Positions 1 through 8,215 of a DNA stretch of 64,000 nt are shown here, in pieces. The DNA is taken from the NCBI GenBank assembly GCA_046758445.1, contig JBHIAE010000004.1:3518-67517 (forward strand), given 5' to 3'. The notes beneath the pieces are model-generated. The model had not been told where the DNA came from. It did not search any database and saw nothing but the letters and a program-made list of their open reading frames with translations. The stretch is from Candidatus Thorarchaeota archaeon. Its GTDB lineage: Archaea; Asgardarchaeota; Thorarchaeia; Thorarchaeales; Thorarchaeaceae. Within the stretch, counting starts at the first letter, position 1; every line of letters starts with the position of its first letter. Made by a program: the position numbers and the translations under genes.

Positions 1-357
1 TGAAACCCCTGTCCAGTAGAGTATTGTAAGCGAGATCATGTGAGGATGAAACTTGGCAAGCCTTCTGACCCAGATAATGAGGAGCATGACCACCATGGGG
101 ATGACCGCCCCTCCTATCAACAGAGCTCGGATCCTCAGCGTTTCCATTGTGTCTAGGACCACGCCAAGCGTGGTGAGTGATTGGACTAGCAGATTGAGGG
201 CTGCAGCAATCAATGTGACACCGAACATAAGTGGCATGTCAGTATAGAGGCGACCCTCCTGGCGGATCCAGAATGCCAGCAGATAGAAACCGGCAAATAG
301 TGACAAAAGCACACCAATAGGGCCTGTGATATTCTCGATAGTGATTGTCTGGTACAT
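1..357 (-). CDS. polytopic membrane protein, partial; the 3' end runs off the left edge of the window
   Basis: Hand translation of the minus strand gives an open frame with no stop from the Met at 357..355 to position 1. The product is hydrophobic and helix-rich (MYQTITIENITGPIGVLLSLFAGFYLLAFW...LIGGAVIPMVVMLLIIW). It lies in the same frame and strand as, and immediately downstream of, the GTPase gene. It is absent from the ORF track because it is truncated. Confidence 0.4.
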   Translation of the reverse strand, partial: MYQTITIENITGPIGVLLSLFAGFYLLAFWIRQEGRLYTDMPLMFGVTLIAAALNLLVQSLTTLGVVLDTMETLRIRALLIGGAVIPMVVMLLIIWVRRLAKFHPHMISLTILYWTGVS

Positions 358-423
358 AATGAACCAACCAGGGCTCTGTCCAGTAGTCGCCCTCAAAAAG
401 ACCCCCAAAGACTGAATGTGTTG

Positions 424-939
424 TCAGAAGAGCCATTCACTGATGCTCTTGCCAATCTTTGCGAAAGCTTGGTTCACGTTCTTGTCTAGTCTGACTGAAG
501 TTTCGATGTAGTCCATACCGAACTTTTCGGCCATGTTCAGACCCTCTTCCTCGGATACGACCCTCTCCACGACCAGATCTGTCTTGTTTCCAACGAGGAG
601 TGCTTTGTATTCGTCCACATTCCGATCAACCTCTTTCTTCCATTCGGGCACATCATTCAGGGACTCCCAAGATGTAACGTCATACATAATGATGACACCT
701 TGCGTTCCGCTGTAGTAGTTGCCCCTAACCCGCTCGAGGAAGTCTTGCGAACCGAGGTCCCAGATCTGTAGGTTCACTATGTTGTCGCCTAGCCTCATCT
801 TCTTGTATGCGAATCCAGTTCCGAGTGTTGGAGAATAATGTTCACGGAAGGCTCCTGTGGAATAACGAATAATTAGACTAGTCTTTCCGACTGACGCAGA
901 GCCTACTGTGACTACCTTGAAGAGATAGGTCGGACTCAT
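424..939 (-). CDS. Ras-superfamily small GTPase (Rab/Ras/MglA-like)
   Basis: G1 P-loop GSASVGKTS, switch II WDLGSQ, G4 GNKTD and G5 ETSV are present in canonical order and spacing in a 171-aa protein. Confidence 0.85.
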   Translation of the reverse strand: MSPTYLFKVVTVGSASVGKTSLIIRYSTGAFREHYSPTLGTGFAYKKMRLGDNIVNLQIWDLGSQDFLERVRGNYYSGTQGVIIMYDVTSWESLNDVPEWKKEVDRNVDEYKALLVGNKTDLVVERVVSEEEGLNMAEKFGMDYIETSVRLDKNVNQAFAKIGKSISEWLF

Positions 940-1043
940 TCTGTACCAACTCGTGGATTTGCGCGTATCTATGAGACGACGACTTAGATAATGGTTGTTC
1001 AGATAGATTTGCCTAGATTCGCGACCAGAAAGTGTGAGTTGAT

Positions 1044-2624
1044 TTAGTAGGCTTCCTTTGGCAATGATACTCGCAGTTGTCTTGAGAGAATCAATAGAGT
1101 CAGCCTGGCTGCATAACCTAGCTTCGCGTACTCTGCGAGAAGTTTCTCAATACTCTCTGCCTTTTGCCAGCCTGTCCAGAAGTCAGGAGGAACGTCGGTC
1201 AATGGAACACCGGCGGTGGTGCAGATCCTAGAGATGCGTTCCTGCCCGTGGATGACCTGTCCTCTGGTCACGAGAATGTACGCCAACTCTTCTGGACCAT
1301 CCTCGCCTGTAGGCTCAAGTGAACCGGTTCTGATGGCACGGGGTTGGGACAGTATCTCGGTACTCAATTGCTCCAGCCAAAACGAGAACTCTTCGAGCCC
1401 TCTCAAGTCACGCGGAGCATAACGGTTGACTATGCGTTCGTGAAACTCCTCTGTTATGATAGCAATGAATACGTACAGATTCTCTCGATCCAAGACTGCA
1501 ACAAACTGTGCCAGTATCTTCATCCATTCGCCATAGAGCAGCATAAGTCTTCGATGACTCAGACCTTCAAGAAGTTTGAAGTCAAAGTCGACTGACCATC
1601 TGTCGTCTACGAAACGAAGTTGACCCAGGGTTTCAGGAGTGACACTCCTGTTCACAACGGACCTCATAGCCTGTATAGACTGTGCTCGGTTGATGTCCTC
1701 CGCCACACGAAGCGAAATCTCCAGGGCCTCCTTGACAAGAAGAATGCGCCGTTTCTCGGAGGACAGTGCCTCGATGACGTCATTCTCGAGTAGATGGTCC
1801 AACACCCTCAGCACCTGGCGTTCGTCATATGATTCCCCAAGCTCAGCGACCATTTCTCGGATTGTTCGTCGTCCGTCCATGAGCCCGGCCAAGCGGGGCA
1901 GGACTTCTGCCATCTCGGGATGCAGACTTCGTAGTTCCTCTGTTTCTTGGGAGTCTGCCTGGATATATCGCAGGAAAGGTGTCTTTGCTCCTACAAAGTC
2001 GTCAAAGCTGAGCATGTTACGGAATCGGATTACTCTGTGCGCCCACAGCCTAGATGCTTCCATCAACATCTCACTCTGGGAAATCCCACTGACTTCTCTG
2101 ATCTCTTTCACGCTTCTTGACCCGTCGATGAATGGTATGATTGGGCCACTGGTCGTCGTCATCGTTTCCGGGTTGATGGTGAAGTATGGTATCCATGAGT
2201 CCGGAAGATCTTCGAGAGAGAGATTTTTCATGACACTCTCCCCGAACGACTCAAAGTATACGTCTTCGAGAAACGAACCGGGCTCAATGGACTTGGCGGC
2301 TGGAAGCCACTCGAGCTCAAATTCTGCCAGCAGCGAGTCCAAAACGTCCATGACCTCTAGACTCAGGCGTTTGGCACCTACAGCAATTAGATTGGTTTCC
2401 ACTCCCTTTAGGACAGTGAATATTCGAGGCCCATAGTCAAGATGAAACACAGGCTCGCTCTCTTCAAAGACCTCGTCGGAGAACATATCGAGAGCAGCGA
2501 AGAAGATAGATGCTTGCGCAGGATCCATTCCGAATGCACGTGGGTCAAGCTGCATGTAGAATCTGGTACTGCCTGTCTTGTCCGTTATCAGGATGGCCTC
2601 GATGGCATGACCAGTACTCGTCAA
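1044..2624 (-). CDS. roadblock/LC7 (MglB-like) domain protein with a roughly 400-aa C-terminal extension
   Basis: The N-terminal ~110 aa (AIEAILITDKTGSTRFY...NLIAVGAKRLSLEVMDVLDSL) resembles the roadblock/LC7 fold. It lies directly upstream of the small GTPase on the same strand. The C-terminal region shows no recognisable domain. Confidence 0.55.
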   Translation of the reverse strand: MTSTGHAIEAILITDKTGSTRFYMQLDPRAFGMDPAQASIFFAALDMFSDEVFEESEPVFHLDYGPRIFTVLKGVETNLIAVGAKRLSLEVMDVLDSLLAEFELEWLPAAKSIEPGSFLEDVYFESFGESVMKNLSLEDLPDSWIPYFTINPETMTTTSGPIIPFIDGSRSVKEIREVSGISQSEMLMEASRLWAHRVIRFRNMLSFDDFVGAKTPFLRYIQADSQETEELRSLHPEMAEVLPRLAGLMDGRRTIREMVAELGESYDERQVLRVLDHLLENDVIEALSSEKRRILLVKEALEISLRVAEDINRAQSIQAMRSVVNRSVTPETLGQLRFVDDRWSVDFDFKLLEGLSHRRLMLLYGEWMKILAQFVAVLDRENLYVFIAIITEEFHERIVNRYAPRDLRGLEEFSFWLEQLSTEILSQPRAIRTGSLEPTGEDGPEELAYILVTRGQVIHGQERISRICTTAGVPLTDVPPDFWTGWQKAESIEKLLAEYAKLGYAARLTLLILSRQLRVSLPKEAY

Positions 2625-2790
2625 CTATGCCCACTCGTCCAAATCTCTTGTTTAGAAAGAATATTAGCATTCTTCGGGGAAAGGTAGTGACTTCTTGTGT
2701 ACAATATGGTCTCTCAGGCGTCAAATTGAGGTGTCCTCATCAACAACTCTTTTATCATCAAGGTCACGAGAACCCAACTGTGGCCTTGTC

Positions 2791-3633
2791 ATGACCGAAT
2801 CACAACCAGTTCTCAGGCATCCAATGCAGAGATACATCCGAACAGATAGACAGCCTTTCATCTGGTGTCCAGGTTGCTCCCTCGGCGTGGTCACGCAGAT
2901 GATCGCACACGCAATAGACAATCTGGAGCTAGACTTCTCCAAGGTTGTAATTGTTTCAGGAATCGGATGTACTGGACGCATCTCAGGCTACTTCAAGACT
3001 GGCACCTATCACACCACGCATGGGCGCGCGATAGCCTTTGCAGAGGGCGTGAAGATTGCCAACCCAGAACTGGAAGTCATTGTGGTCAGTGGTGACGGAG
3101 ACATTGCTGCAATCGGTGGCAATCATCTCATTCACGCCTGTCGCAGAAACATCAATATGACTGTCATTTGTTTAAACAACTTTAACTATGGTATGACGGG
3201 TGGACAGTTCGGTCCCACAACCGAGCACGAAGCCTACTCACAGACCAGTCCGCGGCCCCTTGGTAATCCAGAACATCCATTCAACCTAGTGCAGCTCGCA
3301 GCGTCATCAGGGGCCACATACGTCTCTCGTTGGACCGCCGTTCAGGCACGTCGAGCAACGAAGTCTATCGAGAGGGGCATCAAGAAGGACGGATTCTCGT
3401 TCATTGAGATTGTTGGCGCATGCCCAGTCGAATATGGTCGAATGAACAGGCTCGGAGACGGCCTTGATATGCATCTTCATCTCTTACGCGTTTCTGACAT
3501 TCAGAATGGCCTGCCTCCTCACGAAGCAGAGTTGGACTATGATAACAGAATCGTCTGCGGAGAATTTGTCAACATTGAGAAGCCGGAGTACACTGCGGTC
3601 CTGAAGGAGATGCAGAAGAAGCTCAAGGAGTGA
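2791..3633 (+). CDS. 2-oxoacid:ferredoxin oxidoreductase beta subunit (TPP-binding; KorB/PorB family)
   Basis: Contains FIWCPGCSLG, GIGCTGR, the SGDGD TPP motif and NNFNYGMTGGQ. Start chosen at the ATG at 2791 inside the longer ORF. The stop overlaps the GTG start of the gamma subunit (GTGA). Confidence 0.85.
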   Translation: MTESQPVLRHPMQRYIRTDRQPFIWCPGCSLGVVTQMIAHAIDNLELDFSKVVIVSGIGCTGRISGYFKTGTYHTTHGRAIAFAEGVKIANPELEVIVVSGDGDIAAIGGNHLIHACRRNINMTVICLNNFNYGMTGGQFGPTTEHEAYSQTSPRPLGNPEHPFNLVQLAASSGATYVSRWTAVQARRATKSIERGIKKDGFSFIEIVGACPVEYGRMNRLGDGLDMHLHLLRVSDIQNGLPPHEAELDYDNRIVCGEFVNIEKPEYTAVLKEMQKKLKE

Positions 3634-4211
3634 ACAACTTGAGTGACTACGAGTCAGGTAGATACGAGGTCAGAATTGGTGGTTTCGGCGGCCAGGGAAT
3701 TGTGACAATGGCCGTCGTAATGGGGGAGACTGCCTCTTTGGTTGACAAGAAGCACGTCGTTCAGACTCAGTCGTATGGTCCTGAGGCACGTGGAGGTGCC
3801 AGTAAGAGCGAGCTAGTGATTAGCGACGAAGAAGTCGATTATCCGAAGGTCTTGGCACCCGACGTCTTCATCGCAATGAGCAGAGCTGCCTTTTTGGAGT
3901 ACGTTGAAGGCCTCAAAGAGAATGGTGTACTGATCGTGGACGAAGATCTCGTCGAGATCGAGGGTGACCTTCCTGAGGGAGTCAAGGTCTACAGAATTCC
4001 CGCTACCCACATCGCAGACAAAGATGTCGGCAATAAGCAGACGACCAATGTTGTGATGATTGGGGCATTCACCGCAATCACAAAGATGCTGTCGGTGAGG
4101 GGACTGAAGAAGAGAATCAAAGAGCGATGGCCGCGCTTTGCAGAACTGAATCTGAAAGCACTAGAGCTTGGGATGAAGGCTGGTAAGAAGGCTCTGTCCG
4201 CTCAGAAGTGA
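3630..4211 (+). CDS. 2-oxoacid:ferredoxin oxidoreductase gamma subunit
   Basis: Contains the RIGGFGGQGIVTMAVVMGE motif. The AAGGAG ribosome-binding site and GTG start are translationally coupled to the beta subunit. Confidence 0.85.
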   Translation: MNNLSDYESGRYEVRIGGFGGQGIVTMAVVMGETASLVDKKHVVQTQSYGPEARGGASKSELVISDEEVDYPKVLAPDVFIAMSRAAFLEYVEGLKENGVLIVDEDLVEIEGDLPEGVKVYRIPATHIADKDVGNKQTTNVVMIGAFTAITKMLSVRGLKKRIKERWPRFAELNLKALELGMKAGKKALSAQK

Positions 4212-4256
4212 AACCAATCCGCCAATCTTATTTCTCCACGAGTTCCACTTTGTGAT

Positions 4257-4718
4257 ATGATATCAACACCACTGGACACCTGGCATTTCCTTGTTGGCGA
4301 ATGGAAGGGATACTCCAAGGACCAGTTTGGCGGAGAAGGGGTTATAGAAACGTCCAACATATTCACATTGGAGATGAACGCTCGATATCTAATGTCTATA
4401 CATGAGGCGCGCAGGGAAGGGAAACTAGAGAATCAGAGCATGGCCCTAATGTTCTACGACAGTAGAAATAAGCGGTTTCTCAGGAAGACTTTCTTCTCAT
4501 ACGGGTTTGTGAACAACGAGGTAGAGTACGAAAGCAGCGACACTGAGATTCGTTTTGACATCATATCCGAACCCACTCCTGAACAGTCTGACAATACCAG
4601 ATGGAGGTCCTACATTCGAAAGATATCGGATGATGAGGTACGGATGGGACTAGAAGTGGCCAGAGATGGGAAGGAGTTTGAGAACTACGGAGAAACCTTC
4701 CTGACCAAACTGAAATGA
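4257..4718 (+). CDS. hypothetical protein, possible nitrobindin/lipocalin-like beta-barrel
   Basis: The N-terminal LVGEWKGYS...GGEG resembles the nitrobindin/DUF1794 signature. The match is weak. Confidence 0.45.
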   Translation: MISTPLDTWHFLVGEWKGYSKDQFGGEGVIETSNIFTLEMNARYLMSIHEARREGKLENQSMALMFYDSRNKRFLRKTFFSYGFVNNEVEYESSDTEIRFDIISEPTPEQSDNTRWRSYIRKISDDEVRMGLEVARDGKEFENYGETFLTKLK

Positions 4719-4726
4719 TGACTGGA

Positions 4727-5515
4727 TCACGCATCCTGCTCTTGCAGGGCGATTGTAGCTGCGCCAAGAGCTCCTGTCAGTTGTGGTTCTTCCGGCATCC
4801 AAAGCTCGGCCTCCAACTGTTCTCCAAGGTAATGGCGGAATGCAGGGTTTAGAGAAACCCCGCCAGTGATGCAGATTGGTCTAGCTGTACCTACACTCTT
4901 GGACAGGCTCGCGATCTTGGCAGCCATGGCCACATGCACACCGGCCGCAATATCAGCTGCTGACTCGCCGGAGCCAATTCGACCGATGACCTCACTCTCT
5001 GCAAACACAGTGCATGTGCTGCTGATTGTACAAGGAGATTTGGACTCTAGAGCCAACGGACCTAGTTCGTCAATGGATATTTCGAGTACACGAGCCATGA
5101 CTTCAAGAAACCTACCTGTGCCGGCACTGCATTTGTCCGAAATCGAAAAATCCTCAGGACGACCCATGGGCCCCACTCGTATGACCTTGGAGTCTTGACC
5201 ACCCACGTCAATGAGAAGACGAATCTCAGGGTTTAGCGAATGAACTCCAACACTGTGACAAGTTATCTCTGTGACGGTCTTGTAAGCGATTTCGACAATG
5301 TTGCGCCCATAGCCTGTTGCGATGATGTGACACCCATTCAGACCTTGTCCAGACTCTGAAGAGAGATGGTCCAACACGCGTTGAACAGCTTTGGATGCAG
5401 AGGCACCAGTGTTTATGAGATGAGTTGACAGGATTCGACCTTCAGAGTCGAGCATGACACCTTTGGTTGTCGTGGAGCCCACGTCGAGGCCAATCCCATA
5501 TGTCTTCTCAGTCAA
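4727..5515 (-). CDS. BadF/BadG/BcrA/BcrD-type ATPase; 2-hydroxyacyl-CoA dehydratase activase (HgdC-like)
   Basis: Contains GIGLDVGSTTTKGVML and IDVGGQDSKVI acetate/sugar-kinase-fold motifs. The length of ~260 aa matches HgdC. Confidence 0.8.
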   Translation of the reverse strand: MTEKTYGIGLDVGSTTTKGVMLDSEGRILSTHLINTGASASKAVQRVLDHLSSESGQGLNGCHIIATGYGRNIVEIAYKTVTEITCHSVGVHSLNPEIRLLIDVGGQDSKVIRVGPMGRPEDFSISDKCSAGTGRFLEVMARVLEISIDELGPLALESKSPCTISSTCTVFAESEVIGRIGSGESAADIAAGVHVAMAAKIASLSKSVGTARPICITGGVSLNPAFRHYLGEQLEAELWMPEEPQLTGALGAATIALQEQDA

Positions 5516-5527
5516 TCCGGGTTCACC

Positions 5528-6739
5528 CTATACAAACATTTCAAGTAGCGCATCCACGCGTGTCCGAATCTGGGCCTCGTTGAAGAGTCGACTGTCCACC
5601 ATATCGCCTTCGATGACGACACCAGGCACTCCAGTTCTCTCAGTGACTATCTCTTTGGACACAAGCTGGCCTAAGGAGTATCGCTTGCAGGAGCGCACAG
5701 AGAACATCATGAATCCGTCTAGGTCATACTCCTTGATCAGTTCGCTCATTTTGTCGACCTTTGCTTCAAGGCCCTTATTCAGGTAGACATTAGAATAGAT
5801 CTCGACTGCTCCATCAAGGTACGAATCCGTGTCCGCCCCCTGGATTGCGCCAGACCATGCATGTGTGTAAGTGTCCGCAGGAAATACGACTCCTCGCTCC
5901 GCTAGCCTGTTGAAGAACCGAAGAATGAACCATGGGGGAATGTTGTCCCATAGGAGACGCACCTTCTCTTCACGAATCGCACCGATGCCCTGTTTCACAC
6001 GGTCTTCGACCTCGGCAAGCAGTGCCTCGTAGAACTCAGTGCATTGCTTTAGACCACGACTTGAAACCACGGGTGCCATAGTCAGAAATCGATCTGCGCA
6101 GTTCAGTGGACTTGGTTTGTTCCGACAGGCCTTCAGAGACCCGATCCAGAGGTTTGTAGCCTTGCTTGATAGATCGGCCACCTCCCGAAACTTGTCGTCC
6201 TCAAGTGTTGTGTTGAATGTCTTCCCCAGGAACTCCACCAGACGATCAACGCCTTTACGAACGTAGGCTCTATGATGCGGCTGCTGTTCCTCATCTAGAG
6301 GAGGTGTGTCAAGAAGGAAGACAGGGGCTCCAGTCATCTCTGAGATTGCGTCATACCATTTGAGAACTGTTCCGCAGATGTTGTTACAGGCCAAGAGTGC
6401 TTGGGGAGTGGGGAGTGTCCCCATAGGAACTTCATCGGGTCTGTCGGTTGACCCAATGCTTGCTCGAGCATAAGAGCAGAGCTCCTGAGAGTATCCGAGG
6501 TCCTCAGCATACCCGCATACGTCCGGTCCTATCTTCTGTGCACCAATGATAGCTCCCGCTTGTTCAGGATATGTAGGAAAGACTCCCATTGCAAGCGGAA
6601 TCTCAACGGGGAAGCCTGAGGTCACCCAGGCTAGCTTGCCATCCTCACTCGCCGCTGCTGCCTCAAGTCCATGGCGGAATGCAATCTGCTGCAGCAATGC
6701 TTGGGTTTCCAATCGCCGGTACGGCTTATCTGCTGACAT
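5528..6739 (-). CDS. 2-hydroxyacyl-CoA dehydratase family subunit (HgdB/BcrB-like)
   Basis: Shows family-level similarity (WVTSGFPVEIPLAMGVFPTYPE). The start is set at the ATG at 6739, which is preceded by an AGGAG ribosome-binding site just after the upstream gene's stop. The longer ORF to 6808 would overlap the upstream gene. Confidence 0.7.
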   Translation of the reverse strand: MSADKPYRRLETQALLQQIAFRHGLEAAAASEDGKLAWVTSGFPVEIPLAMGVFPTYPEQAGAIIGAQKIGPDVCGYAEDLGYSQELCSYARASIGSTDRPDEVPMGTLPTPQALLACNNICGTVLKWYDAISEMTGAPVFLLDTPPLDEEQQPHHRAYVRKGVDRLVEFLGKTFNTTLEDDKFREVADLSSKATNLWIGSLKACRNKPSPLNCADRFLTMAPVVSSRGLKQCTEFYEALLAEVEDRVKQGIGAIREEKVRLLWDNIPPWFILRFFNRLAERGVVFPADTYTHAWSGAIQGADTDSYLDGAVEIYSNVYLNKGLEAKVDKMSELIKEYDLDGFMMFSVRSCKRYSLGQLVSKEIVTERTGVPGVVIEGDMVDSRLFNEAQIRTRVDALLEMFV

Positions 6740-6752
6740 TACTCTTACTCCT

Positions 6753-8102
6753 TCATTTGCTCTCGAGCGTTTCAATAAATGTCTGTATGCGACCCTCAAG
6801 TCTAGCACGATCTGACAATTCTGGGTCGATAGGTAGCTTCACAGTTGCGACACCCACTTCCTTAGCTGCTCTTTCAAGTGAGGGGGCCTCAAACTCATCT
6901 GGATCGCAGAATGACTGCTCACATATGATCAGTCCATGAATCGATAGCTTGGTCAAGATTGCCCTTAGAAAGGCTGTGCGTTCTGGAAGACCTTCCTGCG
7001 TTGGCTCACCCGGAGCTCCAAGTATTGAACGTGCCGCATTGTCAAACGGGTCGCCCCGCGTACTGACTGGTGGTGCGAAGACTGTCTTGAAGCCAAATGA
7101 GAGCAAGTCAAGTACAAGCGCCGAATCGGTGAATCCCTGAACACCGTTGACAAGTCCGGCAATTGTGCTTGGCTCAATCATTCCTCCGATGACAGCGATT
7201 CTTGGGCGAGTGTCCTCGAATTGTACCGTTAGACCTTCAAGATTCTGGCTGAGAAGTGCGTTCTTGAGCTTCTCTGGAGCACCCGAAAGTCCCTCCTCAA
7301 TGCTCGCAGATGCGGCGGCCAGTTCCCTTTCAATCCTATCTAACCCAGTATTGGTCGGGGAGGTCAAGAGATCGCCAACGAGCTCATACAGAGTATCACG
7401 AGAAACAAGGCTGGGTTGGATGAGTCTTGTTGCATAGAGTAATTGAAGACCATCTCTGATTCTCCGAATCAGAGTGGCTGCATCTTTGAAGGCGTCCTCG
7501 GAGAACGTGGTGCCATAGTTGGCTGAAAGCGTCCTGGATAGAGTCCTAATCTCTTCCGCAAGGAACTGAACAGCGGACTCCTTTGGCTTTCCTGCAGGGT
7601 ACGTAAGCCGAAACACACTATCCCCAGGAAACCGTAATCGCCAGACATCTCCAACATTCTGCAGAGCATCACAGGTATTCCCCGGGAATACAATCCCTGC
7701 CAGCTGAGGTAGACTATCATTGACCCTCTGGCTGAAGAGGTTTCGAGTGAGCGCGCAAGAGAATGTCTGAAGACTTGCCTCGTATGCACCAACGATTGAT
7801 GGACTCGTACGGACAAGTGAGGGCGTCAGTCCATGTGCCAACACAATCTCCAGAGGGAAGTGAGGATATATGTAGCCGAGGACTCGCTCTCCAGCGTCTA
7901 CAAGCTCTCTGAGCACCTGATTGGATTGTTCAATTACCTGTGGATAGCTCAAGCAGACACCCCTCAACTCTCTTTGTTGAGGACGAACGAATAGTATCGA
8001 ATCTCTCTCGTTCGCTTTCTTATTTGTTGTGCTGGAAGCACGCATAGCATGAGTATGGTGAAAGTGGGCATCTTGAAGCCAAGTTGAGCAAGAATCGAGC
8101 AA
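6753..8102 (-). CDS. 2-hydroxyacyl-CoA dehydratase family subunit (HgdA/BcrC-like)
   Basis: Contains YIYPHFPLEIVLAHGLTP, typical of the HgdA/BadD family. It is the first gene of the minus-strand hgdA-hgdB-hgdC order. The start could instead be an internal Met. Confidence 0.7.
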   Translation of the reverse strand: MLDSCSTWLQDAHFHHTHAMRASSTTNKKANERDSILFVRPQQRELRGVCLSYPQVIEQSNQVLRELVDAGERVLGYIYPHFPLEIVLAHGLTPSLVRTSPSIVGAYEASLQTFSCALTRNLFSQRVNDSLPQLAGIVFPGNTCDALQNVGDVWRLRFPGDSVFRLTYPAGKPKESAVQFLAEEIRTLSRTLSANYGTTFSEDAFKDAATLIRRIRDGLQLLYATRLIQPSLVSRDTLYELVGDLLTSPTNTGLDRIERELAAASASIEEGLSGAPEKLKNALLSQNLEGLTVQFEDTRPRIAVIGGMIEPSTIAGLVNGVQGFTDSALVLDLLSFGFKTVFAPPVSTRGDPFDNAARSILGAPGEPTQEGLPERTAFLRAILTKLSIHGLIICEQSFCDPDEFEAPSLERAAKEVGVATVKLPIDPELSDRARLEGRIQTFIETLESK

Positions 8103-8215
8103 ACAGAAGGAATATCAAGCAGTGTTGCCGTAAAAAGACGTCTATGCCAACTGCACGGCTTCTGGCCTAGTGCGGTGGATGAACGAATGAAGAGAGTAAT
8201 GGAGAGGAAATATCC

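Noticed and set aside
1639-2436. 265-aa ORF on the plus strand, antisense to the roadblock-domain gene
   Set aside because: It has a Ser/Arg-rich low-complexity composition and no motifs. It lies entirely inside a well-supported minus-strand gene, so it is most likely a shadow ORF.
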